A DNA stretch of 64,000 nt, taken from the NCBI GenBank assembly GCA_963820525.1, contig CAWGAA010000001.1, forward strand, positions 2,432,001 through 2,496,000. The letters run 5' to 3'. Origin of the DNA: an uncultured Spirochaetota bacterium (GTDB taxonomy: Bacteria; Spirochaetota; Spirochaetia; SZUA-6; Fen-1364). A program made the position numbers and the translations under genes. Shown here piece after piece: positions 57,487-64,000 of the stretch. The notes beneath the pieces are model-generated. The model was not told where the DNA came from. It searched no databases and saw nothing but the letters and a program-made list of their open reading frames with translations. Positions within the stretch are counted from its first letter, which is position 1, and every line of letters begins with the position of its first letter.

Positions 57487-59421
57487 TCAGAAGCGCACGC
57501 TCCCCAGAAGGAAGGTGGTGAGGCCGGGGACGTACGTGATGACGAGCACGGCGAAGAGAAGGACAAGGAGGAAGGGCACCACGTTTCTCACGACCTTCGA
57601 AAGGGGCTGGTTGAAACGGTAGGAGGCGAGGTAGAGGTTGAGACCCACGGGCGGCGTCAGGTATCCCAGCTCCAGGTTGGCGAGGAAGATGATCCCGAGG
57701 TGAACGGGGTGTATCCCGTAGGACTGGGCGATGGGGATGATCAGCGGCGCCACCACCGTGATCGCGGAATAGATGTCCATGAAGCAGCCGACAACCAGGA
57801 GGGTGAGGTTGAGAAGGAGGAGAAAGACATAGCGGGACGCCACGGCGCCGTGGAGCCAGCCTGCGAGGCGGCCGGGAATCTGGGCGTCGATCACGTAATA
57901 CTGCAGCGCGTTTGCCATGGAGATGATGATGAGGACCCCGCCCATGACCAGGGCGCACTTTACGAAAACCTCGGGCACGCGGCGCCAGGGGATGTCTCGA
58001 TGCACAATGACCTCGACGACGAAGGCGTAGACCACGGAGAAAGCCGCGGTCTCCACCAGGGTCATGATGCCCCTGAAGAAGAAGAAAAGGATGAAGAAAG
58101 GAAGGAGGATCTCGAGGGCGGCGCCGGGAACAGCCTTGAGCGCTTCCTTGGGATCGAAAGGCACGCGAGGCACCTTGTCGCGCACGGAGCGATACACGCC
58201 CATCGCGGAGAGAACGACGACCATGAAGACTCCGGGCAAGACCCCTCCCAAGAACATCTGCCTGATGTCGACCTGGGCCACCACCCCGTAGAGGATCACG
58301 GCGAGGCTCGGCGGAAAGAGAAGGCCGATGCTGCCCGAAGCTGTCAGAAGCCCGGTGGAGAAGCTTTCCCGGTACGCCCCCTTGGCAAGCACGTAGTACA
58401 GCAGCCCCCCCACCGCGAGGATGGTCACCCCCGACGCTCCCATGAAGGTGGTGAGGAAGGCGCAGATGAGGATGCTCATGACGGTAAGGCCGCCGGGAAG
58501 CCAGCCGAAAAGGCCGCGGAAAAGCCGCACGAGGCGCTCTCCCGCCTTGCTCTCGGAGATGATGTATCCCGCGAGGGTGAACAGGGGGAGGGCAGGAATG
58601 ATGGGGCTGGCGGAAAGCATCGTGTAGGCCTGATTGGAGACAACCTCGAGGGAGCCGCCGGAATGAATGAACAGAAGGATGGCGAGGCCTCCAAGGAGAA
58701 CGAAGATGGGAGCCCCGAACAGCGCGGCGGCGATGAGAAGCACGACGAGGGGCGGGAAAAGCCAGCCCAGCGGGGCGGAAAGCGCGGTCTCCAGTCTCCT
58801 GAACGCCTCGGAGAGGCCCGCCGCTGCCCCGGCAAGGGCAGGCGGCGCTCCGGAAACTGCCGCCAATGAAGAGAAAAGGTTGGAAAGCGGATCCGCGCTC
58901 GCGAGGATCGCGGCGAGCAGGCCGAAGGCGGCGATCCATCTCCCCAAGGGACCGCGGGCGGCCTGCGCGATGAAACGCGCCGTCATCATCCCAAAGCCCG
59001 CCGGCATGACGAGAGCGAGAATCCAGATCGGAATCGCGCCGGCCGTCTCGCCGGGAAAAGCCTGCAGCGCGAAGGAGAGGGAAGAGAAAGCGAATACGGC
59101 GCCGAAGAAGACCGACACGAGCGATGTGCCGACCCGGATCGCGGCCCTCCCCCTCTCGGGGATGCGATCCGAGGCGACGGTGAGGGCGAGGTGCTTTCCC
59201 TCGCGCGCCGTGAGCGAGCCGCAGAGAAACGCCGTCCACAGCACGAGGTGCTGGACGTAGGCGGCGGAGCCGCGGATTCCGGGCAGCGAGAGCTTTCGCG
59301 CGATCACCTGGATGCACGGCAGCAGGGCCGTGAGCGCAAGGACGGCGGTGGAGAGGAAATCCTCCACGCGCGCGAATCCCGCCGCGGGCTTACTTTCGGG
59401 GATGCCCGGCGAGGTATTCAT
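57487..59421 (-). CDS. TRAP transporter fused DctQ-DctM permease
   Basis: DctQ-like N-term (AREGKHL); DctM motifs ALPLFTLAG, GLLFPPS, GYLTPPVGLNL. Confidence 0.92.
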   Translation of the reverse strand: MNTSPGIPESKPAAGFARVEDFLSTAVLALTALLPCIQVIARKLSLPGIRGSAAYVQHLVLWTAFLCGSLTAREGKHLALTVASDRIPERGRAAIRVGTSLVSVFFGAVFAFSSLSFALQAFPGETAGAIPIWILALVMPAGFGMMTARFIAQAARGPLGRWIAAFGLLAAILASADPLSNLFSSLAAVSGAPPALAGAAAGLSEAFRRLETALSAPLGWLFPPLVVLLIAAALFGAPIFVLLGGLAILLFIHSGGSLEVVSNQAYTMLSASPIIPALPLFTLAGYIISESKAGERLVRLFRGLFGWLPGGLTVMSILICAFLTTFMGASGVTILAVGGLLYYVLAKGAYRESFSTGLLTASGSIGLLFPPSLAVILYGVVAQVDIRQMFLGGVLPGVFMVVVLSAMGVYRSVRDKVPRVPFDPKEALKAVPGAALEILLPFFILFFFFRGIMTLVETAAFSVVYAFVVEVIVHRDIPWRRVPEVFVKCALVMGGVLIIISMANALQYYVIDAQIPGRLAGWLHGAVASRYVFLLLLNLTLLVVGCFMDIYSAITVVAPLIIPIAQSYGIHPVHLGIIFLANLELGYLTPPVGLNLYLASYRFNQPLSKVVRNVVPFLLVLLFAVLVITYVPGLTTFLLGSVRF

Positions 59422-60391
59422 CGAGCAGTTTCTTGGCCATGTCGTAGGAGGCGCGGTCGAAGCTTTTTCCGATCAGCTCGGAGAAGCCCTTGTCTATGAA
59501 TCCCTCCCACTGCGATTCCGCCTGGCTGGGCACCTGTGAGATCTTCAATCCGTATCTCGACATGACGGCAATGGCGCTGGCGTCGGCGTTGTTGATCTGG
59601 GGTCCCAGAGAATCCGCGATCCTCTGTGCGGCCTCCACCAGCCGAGACTGAAGCTCCGCGGGGATCTGGCTCCAGGTCCTGGTGGAGACCACCAGGGCCC
59701 CCCAGAGGGGCCCAAGCCTCAGACCGCACATGTTGTTCGCAATGCCAAACCACTGGTTGGAAGCTGCCAGCAGGGGGCTGGTCACGAACGCATCGATCAT
59801 CCCTCCCTCCAGGCTCGTCATGATGTCGGTTGCGGCCAGGGGGACCACCGGGAACCCCGAGCTCTGCCATGCCTGCACCTCGTCAGGATCGCCCACCCAC
59901 ACCCAGAGCTTCTGCTTTCGAAGGTCATCGGGGGTGACGATGGGGTATCGGGAGAAAAAGTAGACCCAGCCGCCGGTCGACCACATGACGACCTTGAACC
60001 CGCGGCTTTCCAGCTGCTGCGCGAAAAAGTTCTTCATGTGGTCCAGGACGAATTGAAGCTCTCCGTCGCTCCTGACGAACAGGGGGAACGACAGCACCTT
60101 GAGGCCATTAAAAATCCCCTGGAGCCCGCTCACGGTAATCGCAGCCGCGGAGAGCTGCCCGATCCTGATCTTTCGCACCATGTCGGGCTCGTCGCCGGCC
60201 ACGCCGCCGGAGTAGATCTTCACTTCCACAGAGCCGCCCGAGATCTGCTGCCATTCGGAGGCGATGCGGTGAATCGCATCGTCCCAGGGCGAGCCGATGG
60301 GAGCGAGGCTGCCGAGCTTGATCGTGATCGCGCCCGCGGAAAAGGCGGCCCACAGGCACGCGCAGCACGCGAGGATACCGGCCCTTCTCAT
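59390..60391 (-). CDS. dctP: TRAP/TPAT substrate-binding protein (DctP/TatP-like), copy 1
   Basis: IKLGSLAPIGSPW, GGVAGDEPDMVRKIRIGQ; clearly paralogous to 56398-57402. Confidence 0.88.
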   Translation of the reverse strand: MRRAGILACCACLWAAFSAGAITIKLGSLAPIGSPWDDAIHRIASEWQQISGGSVEVKIYSGGVAGDEPDMVRKIRIGQLSAAAITVSGLQGIFNGLKVLSFPLFVRSDGELQFVLDHMKNFFAQQLESRGFKVVMWSTGGWVYFFSRYPIVTPDDLRKQKLWVWVGDPDEVQAWQSSGFPVVPLAATDIMTSLEGGMIDAFVTSPLLAASNQWFGIANNMCGLRLGPLWGALVVSTRTWSQIPAELQSRLVEAAQRIADSLGPQINNADASAIAVMSRYGLKISQVPSQAESQWEGFIDKGFSELIGKSFDRASYDMAKKLLDEYLAGHPRK

Positions 60392-61329
60392 TGCCCCTCC
60401 CCTGTGTCGAGGAAAAAGTCGTCGGCGTGATCCAGGAGCCACCTCGCTTTTCTCTGATTGATGATGTTCTCCAGCCGCCCTGATGGCTCGCGGTTCGCGT
60501 CGATCGCGAGGGCGGCGGTGAGGAGCTCGCGAAACTCGGAGAGCTTCTGGTCCTTCACGCTCACGGTTGAGGCGAGCGCCACGTAGGGGCCGGCCCGGGT
60601 CCCCTTGGAAATCTCGACGGCCCGCAAGAAATTCTGCCGCGCCTTCTCCTCGCTGCCTCCCAGGTCCGCCGGGGCGGATCCGTAGAAGGAGATGAAGATC
60701 TCGTGGAGCGACCCACCCCCATAGGCGTCATCCCATTCCGCCACCTGGCCCAGCAGCGCCATGGCCCGGGGAACCGTGACGATGAGGGAGAAGTCGAATG
60801 GATCCGCGCCGAAGGCTCCCAGCCAGGAGACTCCGACCCAAAAGAGGTAATCGATGTCTGCGCGCGAGACGAGGCCGAGGGCGGCCCTGGCGCTTTTTGC
60901 ATCCAGCGCCGCCCGGAACCCCGGCCTTCGTAGTTCCAGCCCTTTGAGGATGTATTCCCTGCCGCGGAGGAACAGCTTCTTCGCCCTCATGCGCATGGCC
61001 ACCTGCCGGTCGAATTGGCTGGAGGGGAGCTCGCTCGCCGGGGTCTGGACGAATGCGGAAGCGTAGCTCACGAAGGTCCTGCCGGTTGACAGCGACAAAG
61101 CCGCGTTGCCCGGGTCGTTCGCCGCCAGGATCTCGTAGAGCTTCAGGGCGAAGGGCAGGGCGTCACCAACGAGGTCGGGATCGTCGTCCCCCGTGAACAC
61201 CGTGCTCTCTCCTCCGGCGGAAAGCACTCCACCGATTGTCCTCACCGCGAGCTGATTGATCGAACACCCTCCCAGGATGGCAAGGCAGAGAAGAACGGCG
61301 GAGATGCCGGGGACATTTTTCCTGTTCAC
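60388..61329 (-). CDS. tatT: TPAT T-component lipoprotein (TatT, Tp0956-like)
   Basis: Lipobox LGGC; GDDDPDLVGDALPFALK, YASAFV, LGGSEEKA; upstream of DctP and DctQM. Confidence 0.85.
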   Translation of the reverse strand: MNRKNVPGISAVLLCLAILGGCSINQLAVRTIGGVLSAGGESTVFTGDDDPDLVGDALPFALKLYEILAANDPGNAALSLSTGRTFVSYASAFVQTPASELPSSQFDRQVAMRMRAKKLFLRGREYILKGLELRRPGFRAALDAKSARAALGLVSRADIDYLFWVGVSWLGAFGADPFDFSLIVTVPRAMALLGQVAEWDDAYGGGSLHEIFISFYGSAPADLGGSEEKARQNFLRAVEISKGTRAGPYVALASTVSVKDQKLSEFRELLTAALAIDANREPSGRLENIINQRKARWLLDHADDFFLDTGEGQ

Positions 61330-61395
61330 TCTTCGATTATAGGGGAAACCACTTCGGGAGGCAAGAAAGCGGCAGTGCAGCGTCCAGGAGCGCTG

Positions 61396-61433
61396 CTAAG
61401 GCTGTGTCGCGCTTCTAAGGCTGTGTCGCGCTT
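61396..61433 (+). repeat. Perfect 19-bp tandem duplication
   Basis: CTAAGGCTGTGTCGCGCTT x2 in the divergent intergenic region. Confidence 0.9.
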
Positions 61434-61462
61434 CGCGCCGACGCAGCCGAGCCGCCGCAGTG

Positions 61463-61491
61463 TTGACAGGAGGGGCCGGGACTCCTACATT
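61463..61491 (+). promoter_or_regulatory. Sigma70 promoter of the HAD hydrolase gene
   Basis: TTGACA-17 nt-TACATT. Confidence 0.7.
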
Positions 61492-61503
61492 TCTGGCCAG
61501 CCC

Positions 61504-62169
61504 ATGGCCATCCGCTTTCGATGCCTTCTGCTCGATCACGACGATACCGCGGTAGACTCCACGCTCGCGATTCATTATCCCGCCCACCTGGAGAGCCTGC
61601 GCGTCCTCAGGCCGAACCGCGCCGTTCCTACCATGGAGGAGTGGCTTCTGGCGAACTTCCATGGGATCATGGATTACCTTGTGGGAAAGCTGGGGCTCAC
61701 CGAGGAGGAGCTGCTTCGGGAGTACGAGATCTGGCGCAGCTTCACGACGAGCCGCGTCCCCAGCTTCTTTCCCGGGTTCCTGGAGACGCTCGCCGCATTT
61801 CGCAGAAGCGGCGGGCTCGTGGTCGTGATCTCGCATTCCGAAGCCGACGTGATCGAATCCCATTACCGTCGAGCCGAGGATTCGGCTTCCTTCCCCGACC
61901 TGATATTCGGCTGGACGGAGGATGCCGAGAAGCGTAAGCCCAGCCCATGGCCAGTGCGGGAGGCCTTGAGGAGGCTCGCCGTGACTCCCGAGGAAGCCTT
62001 GATCGTGGACGACCTGAAGCCCGGCGTCCTCATGTCCCGCGCATCCGGGGTTGCCATAGCCGGAGCCGGGTGGAGCCACAGGGTGCCGGAAATCGCGGCG
62101 TACATGCGCGCTCACTCGCTGGCGTACTTCCCGACCATCGAGTCATTCAGAGACTTCCTTTTTCTCTAA
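61504..62169 (+). CDS. HAD-superfamily hydrolase
   Basis: Motif I LDHDDTAVDS, KPSP, IVDDLKPG. Confidence 0.88.
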   Translation: MAIRFRCLLLDHDDTAVDSTLAIHYPAHLESLRVLRPNRAVPTMEEWLLANFHGIMDYLVGKLGLTEEELLREYEIWRSFTTSRVPSFFPGFLETLAAFRRSGGLVVVISHSEADVIESHYRRAEDSASFPDLIFGWTEDAEKRKPSPWPVREALRRLAVTPEEALIVDDLKPGVLMSRASGVAIAGAGWSHRVPEIAAYMRAHSLAYFPTIESFRDFLFL

Positions 62170-62269
62170 TTTCTCCGAAATCCTCACTTGAGTTGAAGAT
62201 TCTTTCTCGATATACTTTTTTAAAGAACGTCTCTGCGGATGGCGCGGGGAGGAGACCGTAGGTCTTGCG

Positions 62270-63466
62270 ATGAAGCGCGATACGCTGAAGCTCTTCCGAA
62301 CGATCGAAACCCTCTATACCATCAAGGACTTGGACTCCCTGCTTGAAAACATCCTCACGGAAGCGCGGCATTTCGTGAATGCGGACGCCGGGACGATCTA
62401 CCAGGCTTCAAAAGGCTATCTCTACTTCAGCTTCGTTCAGAACGACAGCCTGTTCAAGGGAGAAACCAAGGGCAGGTACATCGCCACGGCAGTTGCCCTG
62501 CCGATCGACAAGAAGTCCCTGGCCGGGTACGTGGCGAAGACGGGGGAACCGGTCCTCATCGACGACGTCTACCATATCCAGAGCGATATCTCGGTGAGCT
62601 TCAACCCTTCCTTCGACCAGCAGAGCCACTACAAGACGAAATCGATCCTCGCAGTTCCCTTGAAGACCCGGGAGAACGAGATTGTCGGCGTGCTGCAGCT
62701 CATCAACGCGAAAAACGACGAGGGGGAGGTCGTTGCATTCTCCATGCAGGACCGCCTCTTCATCTCCCAGTTCGCCCTGAGCGCCGCGGATGCGATGGAG
62801 CGGGCACGCCTGACCCGGGAGATGGTTCTGCGCATGGTGGAGCTTGCCGAGCTTCGCGATCCCTTCGAGACCAGCGACCATGCGAAGCGGGTCGGCGCGT
62901 ACGCCGTGGAGCTCTACGAGAAATGGGCCATGCGGCGCGGCGTCTCGGCTCGGGAGATCAAGAAAGTGCGCGACGTTCTGCGCACCGCGGCGATGCTCCA
63001 TGACGTGGGCAAGGTCGCGGTGAGCGACATCATCCTGAAAAAGCCCACCCAGCTCTCCTACGACGAGAAGCTTTCCATGCGGCTGCACACGGTGCTGGGA
63101 GCCCGGCTGTTCCGCCGGACCAACTCCTTCTGGGACTACATGGCCGCGGAAGTGGCCCTCAACCATCACGAGAACTGGGATGGAAGCGGGTATCCGGGGA
63201 AGATCGAGGACATCTACGCGGAGAAGGTCTACCTGGCCGCCGGCAAGCAGGGAAACGAGATCCCCCTGACGGCACGCATCGTGGCCATCGCCGACGTCTA
63301 CGATGCCCTGATCAGTGAACGCGCCTATAAAAAGGAATGGCGGCAGGAGCACGCCCTTCGCTATATCCGCTACCAGGCGGGCAAGAAATTCGATCCCGAG
63401 CTGGTGAGCATATTCCTCAAGATGGCGGAACTGCTCGCCGCCATCCAGAGAAAGTACGCCTACTGA
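62270..63466 (+). CDS. GAF + HD-GYP cyclic-dinucleotide phosphodiesterase
   Basis: GAF (SLAGYVAKTG, IVGVLQLIN); MLHDVGK, HHENWDGSGYP, IADVYDAL, FDP. Confidence 0.92.
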   Translation: MKRDTLKLFRTIETLYTIKDLDSLLENILTEARHFVNADAGTIYQASKGYLYFSFVQNDSLFKGETKGRYIATAVALPIDKKSLAGYVAKTGEPVLIDDVYHIQSDISVSFNPSFDQQSHYKTKSILAVPLKTRENEIVGVLQLINAKNDEGEVVAFSMQDRLFISQFALSAADAMERARLTREMVLRMVELAELRDPFETSDHAKRVGAYAVELYEKWAMRRGVSAREIKKVRDVLRTAAMLHDVGKVAVSDIILKKPTQLSYDEKLSMRLHTVLGARLFRRTNSFWDYMAAEVALNHHENWDGSGYPGKIEDIYAEKVYLAAGKQGNEIPLTARIVAIADVYDALISERAYKKEWRQEHALRYIRYQAGKKFDPELVSIFLKMAELLAAIQRKYAY

Positions 63467-63990
63467 AGCCCGAACGCATCCCGAAGCGCTGAAAGAATCG
63501 TCCTCTCGGAGGCGAGCGAAGGCAGCCCGAGGAAGTGGAGCCGCCCGTCGATGATCCGCACGGCGTCGAAGCAGACAAACAGCGCCAGGATGGCCGCCGA
63601 TGCGGCAATAACGAGCGGCTGATGGGCAAGGAGCCGCCGAAACAGACGCACCCTGATCCCCCCGGGAGAGAGCCGCACGCCGGCGAAGAGAAGCAGAAGA
63701 AGCGCCGCCAGGGGCGAAAGGGGATGGAGCGCCATTGCCTGGGGGATCTCGAGGCGACTGAAGTGGATGAAAGCGCGGGTGAGGCCGCAGGTGGGACACG
63801 GGATGTGAAACAGGTTCATCACGGGGCAGATGCTGAAGGACGGCTCATGAAAGGAGAGGAGAAATCCCGCGACAAAGGGCAGGACGGCCGCCGGCATCCA
63901 GAGGCGGCCGAAGAGAAGCTCGCGCGCGCATCGCTCGACGGCTGGCGCCCAGCGCCGACCCAGACCGGCGATTTTTTTCTTGACAGCCAT
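63460..63990 (-). CDS. DUF2752-domain membrane protein
   Basis: CPVMNLFHIPCPTCGLTRAF...ALHPL. Confidence 0.8.
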   Translation of the reverse strand: MAVKKKIAGLGRRWAPAVERCARELLFGRLWMPAAVLPFVAGFLLSFHEPSFSICPVMNLFHIPCPTCGLTRAFIHFSRLEIPQAMALHPLSPLAALLLLLFAGVRLSPGGIRVRLFRRLLAHQPLVIAASAAILALFVCFDAVRIIDGRLHFLGLPSLASERTILSALRDAFGLQ

Positions 63991-64000
63991 AACGATGCCC

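Noticed and set aside
61396..61433. CRISPR array
   Set aside because: Only two abutting copies, with no spacers and no cas genes

Overview
High-GC, gene-dense bacterial chromosomal window with about 57 CDS or remnants. I saw no rRNA, tRNA, CRISPR array or transposase. A TPAT transporter (TatT/TatP/QM), solute-binding proteins with '(F/S)A-x-G-x-x-E' N-termini and Spirochaetota/Bacteroidota-type ParE/ParC suggest a spirochaete (inference). Blocks in order: a Lol-like ABC/LolA-fold/beta-barrel envelope cluster; signalling and acyl-CoA genes; a ~16 kb FadR-regulated sugar or sugar-acid catabolic island with a LarA-family protein that lacks the His174 equivalent; parE-parC; an slr1658/slr1659(Sia)-like partner-switching operon with an embedded MCP; an AraR-type regulated ribose-type ABC plus UroD-family gene; an rtcB-COG0523 GTPase-archease-DUF62 operon behind a rubredoxin-like membrane protein; nfeD-SPFH; TPAT; HAD; GAF/HD-GYP. 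At least seven single-base frameshifts suggest assembly indel errors. The best candidate undescribed systems are the RNA-ligase/metallochaperone/SAM-hydrolase operon, the MCP-containing partner switch and the atypical LarA pathway. All family calls come from motif recognition by eye; no database searches were run.
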